Shown piece after piece: positions 40,727 to 51,223 of a stretch of DNA of 64,000 bases (its first letter is position 1; the number at the start of each line of letters is the position of its first letter). Source of the DNA: Chlorobiota bacterium (GTDB taxonomy: Bacteria > Bacteroidota > Ignavibacteria > OLB7); the NCBI GenBank assembly GCA_016700335.1, contig CP065014.1, forward strand, positions 2,309,479 through 2,373,478, given 5' to 3'. The notes below the pieces were generated by a model. It did no database searches and had not been told where the DNA came from. It saw only the letters and a list, made by a program, of their open reading frames with translations. Position numbers and translations under genes: made by a program.

Positions 40727-41845
40727 TTGAAACAGAAATTTTCTTTAATAATATTATTACTTTCTATAATTATTTTATTGATTGGATTATCATCTTGTTC
40801 AAATCAGAACCAGTCAAACAATAAATTCAAATCAGATTCATTAAATATAATTTCTAGTAATATAATCCCAGTTTCTAACATTAGATTAGCTCTTGGCAAA
40901 GTAGAGTTAAAAGATAGTGTTGAGGTTCTAAGTGAAGGAGTAGTTGATATTGCAATGAAGGAAGTATGCGATTCATTAATAAATGTAAAATATTTTAATT
41001 TGTTACAAAGAGATTCAATTGCGAAAAATATTAATGGATCAATCAACAAATCAGGTGGAATTGAACTATCAAAACTTGCTAAAGAATTAAAATTAGGTGG
41101 AATAGTATTTGTTAAAATTACAAGATTTTCTTCTGTGTTAGCAACTGAGTTGAAAATTGTCAATCCAGAAGATGGTTCCCTAATTTACAGGAATTTAGAT
41201 TTCTCTTTTATTCGATTTAGAGATTCAATAGGTGTTAAATTTTTGGGTCCAACTTTAGTTGAAAGTCTTAGAAAAGCTATGAGCAAATTCTTAAAACTAC
41301 CTAATAATAGGAACAAACCAATTGCAACAGAACCAATAGTTATAACAAGTTTCGAGATTCAAAGGGATTCATTGATAAAAATTATTTCAATCAATAGAGA
41401 AGAGCTGAGCATTAATATTGTAAAAGCTATTGGGGAGTACGGAAGAAGATTTTATCAATCATTAATGATTTTTGATTATGTGTCTAGGAATCAAATTTAT
41501 AAAATGATGAATTCTCCATTAGTTCAAGATTATGAAGCCCCATCCAATTTTGAAAGAACAGCATTATTTTCTTTAGGAATTGATAGATATATTGTTGGAG
41601 GAATTAAGCCAATATCTAAAGATTCACTTGAAATTAAATTTGGACTTTATAAAATTATGTCATTTAATAAAGACACTTTGTTTAATTCAGTGAAATTGAA
41701 TTTTCCAATAAATAAATTTGAAAATCTTAGCTATGAAAAAGAGTTGATTTCAGCTTCTATTGATGTAATTACTTTACTATATGAAAAAGAAAATTTAAAT
41801 ATTATTTCAAACTATGAACAACAAAGAAAACAATATCAACATTGA
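40727..41845 (+). CDS. Hypothetical lipoprotein
   Basis: Lipobox LIGLSSCS. Confidence 0.4.
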   Translation: MKQKFSLIILLLSIIILLIGLSSCSNQNQSNNKFKSDSLNIISSNIIPVSNIRLALGKVELKDSVEVLSEGVVDIAMKEVCDSLINVKYFNLLQRDSIAKNINGSINKSGGIELSKLAKELKLGGIVFVKITRFSSVLATELKIVNPEDGSLIYRNLDFSFIRFRDSIGVKFLGPTLVESLRKAMSKFLKLPNNRNKPIATEPIVITSFEIQRDSLIKIISINREELSINIVKAIGEYGRRFYQSLMIFDYVSRNQIYKMMNSPLVQDYEAPSNFERTALFSLGIDRYIVGGIKPISKDSLEIKFGLYKIMSFNKDTLFNSVKLNFPINKFENLSYEKELISASIDVITLLYEKENLNIISNYEQQRKQYQH

Positions 41846-42119
41846 GTTAGATATAGAAACAGATTCTATATCTGTAATGGTTTGCAAAGGTTCAACAGGA
41901 CAAATTATTAAAGCATATATTAACTTATCAGATTATGTACAGCATGGGATTTATACTATTGCAGATCAAATAGGGTATGATACAGATGATGCTGAAAAAA
42001 TTGGTCTGTTCAATATGACTAAAGATTTTGAATATAATATGGAAGAGAAGTTTTCAGATAGAAATACTTCTGATAGTGATTTACTTTTTATGATTAATGG
42101 AGGTGCTTGCCATAAATAA
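41814..42119 (+). CDS. Small hypothetical protein
   Basis: ORF that overlaps the upstream gene end by 32 nt. Confidence 0.3.
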   Translation: MNNKENNINIELDIETDSISVMVCKGSTGQIIKAYINLSDYVQHGIYTIADQIGYDTDDAEKIGLFNMTKDFEYNMEEKFSDRNTSDSDLLFMINGGACHK

Positions 42120-42188
42120 AAAATCTACTTTGAAATTTTATTTATTTATTTGATGTTAAAAAAATTCTTCCATTTTTATTTATAAAAA

Positions 42189-43367
42189 ATGTCTGGGTTA
42201 TATATTCATATACCATTTTGTGAACATAAATGTATTTATTGTAACTTCTATTCAATAGAAAATCTTGACACAAAAAATCGTTTTTTAAATGCTTTGCATA
42301 CTGAAATAGATTTGAGGTATGAATCATTAATAGGAAACGAATTTGCTCCTAAAAAATATGATACAATTTTTTTTGGTGGAGGTACTCCTTCTTTGTTAAC
42401 ACCACTTGAAATAGGTAAAATAATATATCATTTAAAGGAAAAATTTCTTGTTGATGAATTAGCTGAGATAACAATTGAGTGTAATCCTGGAACTTTAAAT
42501 GAAAGTTATCTAAATGGATATAAAGATGCAGGGATTAATAGGTTAAGTTTTGGTGTCCAGTCATTTGATGATGAAGAGCTTAAATTTCTTACAAGAATTC
42601 ATTCAGCTCAACAAGCAAGAGATGCAATTACATCTGCTAAAAAAGTATTTGATAATATCTCATTAGATCTAATATTTGCATTACCAAATCAATCATTAAA
42701 AAAATGGAAAGAAAATTTGGAAGAAGGTGTAACTCTTGGAACAAAACACATTTCTGCTTATTCATTGATTTTTGAAGAAGGTACTCCACTAAATGCAATG
42801 AAATTGAATAAATCTGTTTTTCCATTAGACGAAGACACTGATGCTGATATGTATTCATGCACAATGGAAACTCTTAACAAATATGGTTTTGAACAATACG
42901 AAGTAAGCAATTACTCAAAACCAGGATATCATAGTAAACATAATTTAAAGTATTGGTTAAGAGAATCTTATATATCGTTTGGACCAAGTGCACACAGTTT
43001 TTTGAGAGGAAATAATTCTGGAGGAAAAAGATGGGCGAATTATTCTAATCAAACAATTTATCTTAATGAGCTTGAAGAACAATATAGGCTACCAGTAGCA
43101 AGCAATGAATTGTTATCTTCGCAGAATATTTTTGAAGAATTTGTTATGCTTTCTTTAAGAAGCGTCGGAATAAACCTTAAGGAATTTTATTCTTTAACAA
43201 ATTCTGAGTTAAAAGATATTGCACCTGATTCACTTAACTTTGTATTGAATAGTAATTATGCAACTCTTACAGATTCATATTTGAAGTTAACTCCACTTGG
43301 TTATCATTTTGCAGATAAATTAGCTTTTAAATTAATAAGTGAAATTGAATCAGTTACTCATTTGTAA
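42189..43367 (+). CDS. hemW: Radical SAM heme chaperone HemW (HemN-like coproporphyrinogen III oxidase family)
   Basis: CxxxCxYC radical-SAM motif (CEHKCIYCNF) and a HemN C-terminal domain. Confidence 0.85.
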   Translation: MSGLYIHIPFCEHKCIYCNFYSIENLDTKNRFLNALHTEIDLRYESLIGNEFAPKKYDTIFFGGGTPSLLTPLEIGKIIYHLKEKFLVDELAEITIECNPGTLNESYLNGYKDAGINRLSFGVQSFDDEELKFLTRIHSAQQARDAITSAKKVFDNISLDLIFALPNQSLKKWKENLEEGVTLGTKHISAYSLIFEEGTPLNAMKLNKSVFPLDEDTDADMYSCTMETLNKYGFEQYEVSNYSKPGYHSKHNLKYWLRESYISFGPSAHSFLRGNNSGGKRWANYSNQTIYLNELEEQYRLPVASNELLSSQNIFEEFVMLSLRSVGINLKEFYSLTNSELKDIAPDSLNFVLNSNYATLTDSYLKLTPLGYHFADKLAFKLISEIESVTHL

Positions 43368-43472
43368 TTTATTTTTTTAAAATATTACTTTTAATATTTT
43401 AATTTTTAGAACATAATTTAGTTACATTCAAATAGATTTAATATTCCTATAATCTAATATATTTTAGTTTAA

Positions 43473-46454
43473 ATGAACAACAGCAAACAATTTAACAGAA
43501 TTTTTGCCGCGATAGCGTTTTTTGCAACGCTCATTACATACGCGCTTACATTACAACCTTCTGTCCCTTTTTGGGATTGTGGTGAGTTTTCAGCAGCCGC
43601 TGCTTGGCAACAAGTAGGTCATCCACCTGGTGCACCTTTGTGGTTAATTGTTGCAAAAATATTCCATTTAATTCCAATTGGAGATCCAGGCTGGAGATTA
43701 AATATGGTTTCAGCTTTTTCTTCTGCAGTTTGTGCAGCATTAGTTTACTATATTATTGTTATGTCAATAGAACGTTTTCGTAAGTCAACTGCTAACAATT
43801 CAGGTCAATTAATATCAGCTGTTTGTGCATTAATAGGAACATTAGCATTTACTTATTGCGATACTCAATGGTTCAACTCTGTTGAATCTGAAGTTTACGC
43901 AGGGGGAAATATGTTAATTGCTCTCGGCATATATTTAATGATGAAATGGGATCAGAATGCAAATAATCCTGGTCACGAAAGATACCTATTAGCTATAGCA
44001 TATGTTTTAGGGTTAGCATTTGGTGTGCATTTGCTTGCATTGTTGATTGTTCCAGCAGTTGCAATGGTAATCTACTTCAAAAAATATGAATTTAGTGTGA
44101 AGTCTTTCTTATTATTAATGGGAATTACTGGTCCAGTTTTTTACATTATTATTTATAAACTTCCACTTAGATATATTCCTAAATTAGCTGCATCTAATGG
44201 ATTAGTAGGAATAATTATTTTAGCAGCTTTAATTGGCGTTTTATGGTGGAGTATTAAAAATAAAAAAGCTCTAATTTCCCTTTCAGTTGGTTGTTTCTTA
44301 ATGATAATTTTAGGGTTTACTACTTATACTCAGCTATTAGTTCGTTCTAATGCACACCCACCAATGAATGAAAACGAACCTGATACATTCTCAGAATTAG
44401 TAAGCTATCTCGGTCGTGAACAATACGGGAACGCTCCAAATTGGCCTCGTAGGTATCAATCTGAACAATATTATAGAAGATATCAAGATGTTTATGGAGA
44501 ATGGTTTGAACCAACTAGTCAGCAAGATGATGGAACACCAATTTTTGATCAAGTAAATAAATCTGGTGAATTTAACTTCATGTGGACATGGCAAATGAAT
44601 CATATGTATTGGAGGTATTTTGGTTGGAACTTCATTGGGAGAGTTAGTGATATTCAAGACGCAGGTGTAGCTGTTACAGGAGTAACTCCAGAAGAGAAAA
44701 AAGCATTTGTAGATCCAACTGGTTATACTGATGTATTCCCTGTTAGGTTCTTTGCTTTACCACTTCTTATTGGGCTTATAGGACTTTTTTGGCATTTTAA
44801 AAGAGATTGGAAAATGGCATTTACTCATCTTACTCTCTTTCTATTTTTAGGAATTATTCCAACTTTACAACAGAATCAACAGCAACCTCAACCAAGGGAA
44901 AGAGATTATTTTTATGTTGGATCATTTATGATTTTTTGTATTTGGATTGGTATGGGAGCAGCAGCTTTAGCTACAAAATTTAAAGATGAAGAACAAGAAA
45001 AGGAAGATGAACAATCTGGAGTACCAACCAATTCTGGTTTTGCGATTGCTATGATGTCTGTTTGTATGTTAGCCGCTCCAATGAATATGGCTTTCAATGG
45101 ATGGAAGTTTCACGATCGAAGTAAAAACTGGGTGCCATGGGATTATTCATACAACATTCTTCAGTCCTGTGAAAAAGATGCAATACTTTTTACTAATGGT
45201 GATAACGATACATTCCCGTTATGGTACTTACAAGATGTTGCAGGGGTTAGACGAGATGTAAGAGTAGTTAATTTATCTTTAGGTCAAACTCATTGGTATA
45301 TTTGGCAACTAAAAAATGAAAGACCTTGGCAAGCTAAAAAAGTTGATTTATCATTCAGTGATGATGAATTAACTGTTGATGAAAGAGATCCTAGAGGTCT
45401 TCGCCCAGAAAGAGCTGAACCACAACCAATGACCATACCAGTTCCTGGCAACATAATGGATTGGGCTACTGGTGGCTCAAATACTTCTGCTGGAAGTATG
45501 CAATTTACTTTAAAAGGTGAAGGTGAAGGTCCTTCTCATTATTTAGGTGTACAGCATAAATTGGTTGGTAATATTATGCAAAACAATAATTGGAAAAGAC
45601 CTATATATTTCTCAGTTACCGTTGGTCCGGATGCTTGGTGTGGGCTTGATGATTACTTCAGAAGTGAGGGTATGGCTTTCAGAGTAATGCCAGTTAAACA
45701 AAAAGGTTCTATTATGAGTGATGAAAGAATTAATTTAGATGTTACTGCTAAGTGTATGTTGAATAATTTGAAAGATGATGAGTTTTACACCGAGCCTCAT
45801 TATGGTTTTAAGTTTAGAAATCTTACCGATAAATCTGCTATGTTCCTTGAAGATCATAGAAGACTTATGTTGAATTATAGAAGATCTTATTGTAATTTAG
45901 CTCAACATTATATTTTAGCTCAGAAGGATAATAAAAAAGGAATTGAGACATTAGATAAACTTGAATCAGTAATTTCTTCTGATATGTTTGATATTCCTTA
46001 TTACATTACATCAACTATTGCACAACTTTATGATAAAGCTGGAGCAAAAGAAAAAGCAAGTAAGTACGCCAATAAAACAATTTCTTTAATTAATGAACTT
46101 GGAGATGATTGGCAAAATGATTATTATGCTCAAGCTTATAATCCAATTGAGATTAAAGCGAATATGTATAATGTACTTGGAGATGAAAAGAAAGCTCTTG
46201 AAACTTATCAATCAATTAGTGGAAATTATCCAAACGATCCAAAACTTCGATCTCAAATTGAAGCAATGTCAGTAGATAATTTGTTAAAGAAAAATGATTC
46301 AGCTGGAGCTAAAGCAGAACTTCAAAAGATATTAAATAATTATCAAAAAGATACAGCAAATCAAGAAATGATGAATAATGCTGCAGCTTTTAAAAAGAGA
46401 TTAGAAGAGTTATCAGGAAAAACAAATACTGATACTTCAAAAAAAAATAAATAA
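43473..46454 (+). CDS. DUF2723 family polytopic membrane protein (putative glycosyltransferase) with a C-terminal TPR-like region
   Basis: N-terminal PFWDCGEF...GHPPGAPLW motif typical of DUF2723. About 11 TM segments. Size about 1000 aa. Confidence 0.65.
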   Translation: MNNSKQFNRIFAAIAFFATLITYALTLQPSVPFWDCGEFSAAAAWQQVGHPPGAPLWLIVAKIFHLIPIGDPGWRLNMVSAFSSAVCAALVYYIIVMSIERFRKSTANNSGQLISAVCALIGTLAFTYCDTQWFNSVESEVYAGGNMLIALGIYLMMKWDQNANNPGHERYLLAIAYVLGLAFGVHLLALLIVPAVAMVIYFKKYEFSVKSFLLLMGITGPVFYIIIYKLPLRYIPKLAASNGLVGIIILAALIGVLWWSIKNKKALISLSVGCFLMIILGFTTYTQLLVRSNAHPPMNENEPDTFSELVSYLGREQYGNAPNWPRRYQSEQYYRRYQDVYGEWFEPTSQQDDGTPIFDQVNKSGEFNFMWTWQMNHMYWRYFGWNFIGRVSDIQDAGVAVTGVTPEEKKAFVDPTGYTDVFPVRFFALPLLIGLIGLFWHFKRDWKMAFTHLTLFLFLGIIPTLQQNQQQPQPRERDYFYVGSFMIFCIWIGMGAAALATKFKDEEQEKEDEQSGVPTNSGFAIAMMSVCMLAAPMNMAFNGWKFHDRSKNWVPWDYSYNILQSCEKDAILFTNGDNDTFPLWYLQDVAGVRRDVRVVNLSLGQTHWYIWQLKNERPWQAKKVDLSFSDDELTVDERDPRGLRPERAEPQPMTIPVPGNIMDWATGGSNTSAGSMQFTLKGEGEGPSHYLGVQHKLVGNIMQNNNWKRPIYFSVTVGPDAWCGLDDYFRSEGMAFRVMPVKQKGSIMSDERINLDVTAKCMLNNLKDDEFYTEPHYGFKFRNLTDKSAMFLEDHRRLMLNYRRSYCNLAQHYILAQKDNKKGIETLDKLESVISSDMFDIPYYITSTIAQLYDKAGAKEKASKYANKTISLINELGDDWQNDYYAQAYNPIEIKANMYNVLGDEKKALETYQSISGNYPNDPKLRSQIEAMSVDNLLKKNDSAGAKAELQKILNNYQKDTANQEMMNNAAAFKKRLEELSGKTNTDTSKKNK

Positions 46455-46467
46455 ATAATTTTTTACA

Positions 46468-46507
46468 AAATCCCTCTGGTGAATAAATTTCTCTTGAGGG
46501 ATTTTTT
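46468..46507 (+). terminator. Terminator-like hairpin after the DUF2723 gene
   Basis: AAATCCCTC ... GAGGGATTT stem followed by TTTAT. Confidence 0.4.
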
Positions 46508-46550
46508 ATATTTAAGTATTTATAAATTGCAATAATAAATAATAGATTTT

Positions 46551-47714
46551 ATGTCAAACCATCCTTTGAAAATTGCAATAATTGCACCAGCTTTTCCATT
46601 TAGGGGTGGTATTGCTCATCACAGCAATATGCTAACAAGATATTTAAGAAAATCTGGTCATAACGTAGATATTATTACTTTTACCCGTCAGTATCCAAAA
46701 ATACTTTATCCTGGTGGAGCACAAATTGAAACTGGTGATAACCTTGAGTTTATAGATATTCAATCAGAAAGAATGATTGATTCAATTAACCCAATATCTT
46801 GGTTCAAAACTGGGAACTTATTGTTAAAAAGAAACTATGATTTAGTAATTATTAAGTTCTGGCTTCCTTTTTTTTCACCATCTTTTGGTACTATTGCTAA
46901 AATAGTAAGGAAAAATAAAAAGACAAAAGTTATGATTGTTTGCGAAAATTTAATTCCACATGAAAAAAGAATTGGAGATAAAATTTTAACTAAATTCTTA
47001 TTTTCTAAATGTGATTTGGCTGTTACCCAGTCAAGTATTGTTCATAGTCAATTAGAGTCGCTTTTTCCCAAAATACCTCAAGTAATGTTACCCCACCCAG
47101 TTTATGAAAATTTTGGTGATAAAATTGACAAGTTTGAAGCATTGAAATTGCTTGGCATTGAAGCAACTAATGTGATTCTATTCTTTGGTTTTGTTAGAGA
47201 ATATAAAGGTCTTGATTTATTGGTAAATGCAATGCCTTTAATTCTACAAAAAATTCCTGACTTGAAATTGTTTATTGTTGGTGAATTTTTTGGTAGTTCA
47301 GATAAAATTACCAAACAGATTATTGATTTAAATATTCAAAAGAGTGTTATACTTCATAATAAATATGTTCCAAATGAAGATGTTGCAAAATGGTTCTCAG
47401 CGAGTGATTCTCTTGTAATGCCTTATAGATCCGCTACAAATAGTGGTATAGTACAAATTGCATATAATTTTGCAATTCCATCAATTGTTACTAATGTTGG
47501 AAGTTTGAGTGAGGTGGTACTCAATGGTAGAACTGGCTTTGTAATAGATGATTCAAAACCAGATACAATTGCTGATTCAGTCTTTAGTATCTTTTCTAAT
47601 AATAATTTGAAATTGTTTTCAGAAAATATAATTGAAGAAAGAAAGAAATATTCTTGGGAAAATTTTGCTGAAAAATTAATCGATTTTTATTTAAATACTT
47701 TTGTAGACAATTAA
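46551..47714 (+). CDS. Glycosyltransferase family 4 protein
   Basis: GT-B fold, GT4-like C-terminal nucleotide-sugar binding region. Confidence 0.7.
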   Translation: MSNHPLKIAIIAPAFPFRGGIAHHSNMLTRYLRKSGHNVDIITFTRQYPKILYPGGAQIETGDNLEFIDIQSERMIDSINPISWFKTGNLLLKRNYDLVIIKFWLPFFSPSFGTIAKIVRKNKKTKVMIVCENLIPHEKRIGDKILTKFLFSKCDLAVTQSSIVHSQLESLFPKIPQVMLPHPVYENFGDKIDKFEALKLLGIEATNVILFFGFVREYKGLDLLVNAMPLILQKIPDLKLFIVGEFFGSSDKITKQIIDLNIQKSVILHNKYVPNEDVAKWFSASDSLVMPYRSATNSGIVQIAYNFAIPSIVTNVGSLSEVVLNGRTGFVIDDSKPDTIADSVFSIFSNNNLKLFSENIIEERKKYSWENFAEKLIDFYLNTFVDN

Positions 47715-47728
47715 TTAAATATAAAAAA

Positions 47729-47765
47729 AACGACAGCATGTAATTTATACATTCTGTCGTTTTAT
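47729..47765. terminator. Bidirectional terminator between the GT4 gene (+) and the DUF1501 gene (-)
   Basis: A-run, ACGACAG-17nt-CTGTCGT, then T-run. Confidence 0.45.
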
Positions 47766-47832
47766 AATATAATTTAAGTTTAAATATGTAATTGATAATT
47801 TATATTAAAAACAATTTTATTTAAATAATAAG

Positions 47833-49359
47833 TTACCTAACCACACTCATTTTGTTTGTAATTTTATATCCATTTTGTTCTAAAATATACATATAATTTC
47901 CAGCTGGCAAATAAGTAGCATCAACTTCTACAGTATGTTCACCTGATTGTAATGTTTTACTCAAAATACCATAAGATTTTTTTCCATCAGGTGAAAACAA
48001 ATTAATTGCAACGTATCCATTTTGAACTAAATTAAAATTAATTTTAGTTTTATCATTAACAGGATTAGGGAAACAATTTGATAATGTCATCCCAGAAGGA
48101 ATAGTGTCATCATGAAAACTAGCTGCTTTAAATAAAGGTAATTTACTGAAGCTGCCATTTAGAAGCAACTTTTTAGAGTTTGCAGAACTTACACCCAACC
48201 AATCTTCTAAAACAGATGAGTAAATTTGTCTAAAATCAATAGTATGTTTTACGTCTCCGCGATCATCTAGGTTAGTAAGATTAGGTGCACCTCCAATTAC
48301 TTTTCCACCTAAAACATTTTTACCAATTACAAATTGAGGTGATGCTGCACCATGATCGGTACCTTGAGAACCATTTTCATTTAACCTTCTACCAAATTCA
48401 GAATATGTCATACAAACAACTCTATCAGCGTTTCCATTTGTAGATAAATCTTTCATGAAGGCATTAACAGCATTAGACAAATAAGAAAGAAGCTGTGCTT
48501 GAGCAGGTAATTGAACTGTATGAGTATCAAAACCTGAAAGTGATACAACAAATATATTAGTATTTAAACCACCATTAATTAGCCTTGCAACAACTCTTAA
48601 CTGAGAGGCTAATGAATCAGCACCATAAGTTTCTGAGTTTGTTCCAGAAAGCATAGCTTTATTAATTTCACTAGAATATTTATTAGATTGAGAAATTACA
48701 TCACGAACATAACTTAGTTCTGGTCCTGCCAAAGTTGTCGGAACAGGATCTGTACTTGCTTTCAGTCCCTTTGCAAGATTATACAACCTATCAGGATTGT
48801 CTAAAGCCATACCCATACTTCCTTTATTTGATTGAAGTAACAGAGATGTTGCAGAAGCTACTTGAATTGCATAAGGAGTATCTGGTAACACATTTGGGAA
48901 ATTGGGATATTTATTTTCTAAGTATCTACCAATCCAACCGGTAGTTTCATATTTATCTTCATCTGAAGCTGAATTAAAAATATCAGTTGATCTAAAATGA
49001 GAGCGATTATGATTTGGATAACCAACATTGCTAACAACAGCTAAATTCCCATCATTATACATTTTATAAAATGGGGATAATGAGTTGTGAAGAGCTAAAT
49101 CATTAGAGATTGGTAATACTTCACTTTTTTTCAACCCAATATTTTTTCTTGAACTAATATAAACTGGGTCATTGAAAGGTACAACTGTATTTAATCCATC
49201 GTTACCACCAAACAAATTTATTAGTACAAGAATTCGATCTGAAGCAACTGCTTTTTCTAAGCCATAATATGGAAGAGCTTTTGCAAACATCCCTGATGAT
49301 GCTATAGGTAATATGGCACCTGCTGTAACCGTATTTTGTATAAATTCTCTACGTTTCAT
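47833..49359 (-). CDS. DUF1501 domain protein with an N-terminal twin-arginine (Tat) signal and a C-terminal T9SS sorting domain
   Basis: MKRREFIQ...AKA Tat motif. DUF1501 core (LSGFDTHTVQ). C-terminal about 80 aa match Por_Secre_tail (CFPNPVNDKTKINFNL...AGNYMYILEQNGYKITNKMSVV). Confidence 0.75.
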   Translation of the reverse strand: MKRREFIQNTVTAGAILPIASSGMFAKALPYYGLEKAVASDRILVLINLFGGNDGLNTVVPFNDPVYISSRKNIGLKKSEVLPISNDLALHNSLSPFYKMYNDGNLAVVSNVGYPNHNRSHFRSTDIFNSASDEDKYETTGWIGRYLENKYPNFPNVLPDTPYAIQVASATSLLLQSNKGSMGMALDNPDRLYNLAKGLKASTDPVPTTLAGPELSYVRDVISQSNKYSSEINKAMLSGTNSETYGADSLASQLRVVARLINGGLNTNIFVVSLSGFDTHTVQLPAQAQLLSYLSNAVNAFMKDLSTNGNADRVVCMTYSEFGRRLNENGSQGTDHGAASPQFVIGKNVLGGKVIGGAPNLTNLDDRGDVKHTIDFRQIYSSVLEDWLGVSSANSKKLLLNGSFSKLPLFKAASFHDDTIPSGMTLSNCFPNPVNDKTKINFNLVQNGYVAINLFSPDGKKSYGILSKTLQSGEHTVEVDATYLPAGNYMYILEQNGYKITNKMSVVR

Positions 49360-49456
49360 TGTATGATATTGTTATTAATTATTAAGTTAAAATTGTAATT
49401 ACTTAAAAATATTTTTAGATAAATATAAGTTTATCTATTAATAAATGTACATAAGA

Positions 49457-51076
49457 TTACATTAATTGATACTCACCAAGACCCATTATTTTTGATATAC
49501 AAGATCTAATTCTTTGAGATGATTTATCAACATCCCATTCATAATCAAATCCACCAGCGAGTAACGCATCTAATAAATCAGCTTTCATATTATCAGAAAC
49601 ATCTATAGGAATAAATAGTGCTAATAAATTATCTAAAACTTTATGAACATCTTCTGAATTTGGCATTGATTTAACTAAAGCAATTGGATCAAAATTATAT
49701 GCTAAAGAACCAGTAATTGGTTCAATCCAATACTTTGTATAATTAATTCTTAAAGGCATAGTTACTCCGCTAATCCATGTTCTCCATCCTAACCAACCTT
49801 TTACATTAGGAGGATAAAACATCCATTGAGATAAGTGCATTGAAGCTGTAATAGGATCATGGGTATAAGGTACTGAAATATCTGTTTTTGTTCTATCCAT
49901 TGGTGACTTTGTATTTAATTCTTTATTAGCATCAACTACAAAATCAATTGGAGATTTAATTTTTGCCCCAATAATCTGTTCATCAAAGAAATGTTCACTT
50001 TGAAGAAGTTGTTCGAGTACCTTAGAGATATTCCAATTGTTACTAACTAAAGTTTGAGACATTCCTTTTACAATATCAGGATTTGGAACTTCATAAACAA
50101 AATACTTATAAAGTTTTTCACAAATAAATACAGCAGATCGGTTAATATTTTGGTCTTTATCAATTTGAGAGAAAATATGATCGATAACATCAAATTGAGC
50201 TTTACCTTCAATACCAAAATTTTTCTTTTCTCCAAAAATTTCTTTTTCACCGTTATCAAATCTTGCAGAATTAAAATTGCTACCGAGCCCTAAATTAGAC
50301 CACCCAGTAAACGACCTTGCAAGTGCAATAATATCTTTTTCAGAATAGTGAGGAGTTCCATCTGAATAATTCCCAATTCCAATACTAAAGAGTTCTAATA
50401 TTTCTCTTGCAAAATTCTCATTTGGGTTTCCAGCTATATTATATCTACCATCTAAATAAATTAACATGGCAGGGTCAATAGTAACTTTCTTAGTTAAACT
50501 TTTAAAATCACCGAAAGCAAATTCTCTAAATAACTGATTTTGAATAAAAATGTATTGAGCAACTTGAACCGTTGTAAAATCGCTTGTAAAATGATTGTGC
50601 CAAAACCATACCATTTTTTCTCTCAGACCCTGAGCAGGCTTCATCATCAAATCATACCACCATTCCATAGTATCTCTCAATCTTGCATAATAATATGATC
50701 TTTCAACATTATCAACATAAGCAAATGGCTGTTGGTTTGTCCAATCCTTTTTATAAGTCCCGGTTGCATTATTATCAACAGGTGGCAAAGGCAAAGGTCC
50801 TGGTGAAAGCATTTTTGAAATTAAATTTTTAGGAGATGTTTTAACAGCATCAATAATATCAATCCAATTGCAACCGAAATTGGCACGACGTAGCAAATGA
50901 GCAGCTCTCCGAGCATTCCAAGGTTTATCAGGTCTTGGTTGGTATGGGCTCAAATCTGATCCAGACCCTAATGGAACATCTGGTTGGTTTTTAAATTTGT
51001 TTGATGTAATAGTGTTACTTGAAGTTGATAAAATGTCTTGAATTAATGGCTTACTCAAGAATGATCTTCTATTCAT
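49457..51076 (-). CDS. DUF1800 family protein, the usual partner of DUF1501
   Basis: Tat-like NRRSFL at the N-terminus. Size and adjacency to DUF1501 fit the known pair. Confidence 0.65.
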   Translation of the reverse strand: MNRRSFLSKPLIQDILSTSSNTITSNKFKNQPDVPLGSGSDLSPYQPRPDKPWNARRAAHLLRRANFGCNWIDIIDAVKTSPKNLISKMLSPGPLPLPPVDNNATGTYKKDWTNQQPFAYVDNVERSYYYARLRDTMEWWYDLMMKPAQGLREKMVWFWHNHFTSDFTTVQVAQYIFIQNQLFREFAFGDFKSLTKKVTIDPAMLIYLDGRYNIAGNPNENFAREILELFSIGIGNYSDGTPHYSEKDIIALARSFTGWSNLGLGSNFNSARFDNGEKEIFGEKKNFGIEGKAQFDVIDHIFSQIDKDQNINRSAVFICEKLYKYFVYEVPNPDIVKGMSQTLVSNNWNISKVLEQLLQSEHFFDEQIIGAKIKSPIDFVVDANKELNTKSPMDRTKTDISVPYTHDPITASMHLSQWMFYPPNVKGWLGWRTWISGVTMPLRINYTKYWIEPITGSLAYNFDPIALVKSMPNSEDVHKVLDNLLALFIPIDVSDNMKADLLDALLAGGFDYEWDVDKSSQRIRSCISKIMGLGEYQLM

Positions 51077-51223
51077 ATTCTTTCAAAAATTAATTATTTA
51101 AAATGAGATTTAATATATCTGCTAACTTAATTAAGCTAAATGATATAATCAAGTTTTATTTTGAAAAATTCAACTCAAATATTTTAATTAAATTGCAACC
51201 CAATTAAAAACAAGGCTTTTATT

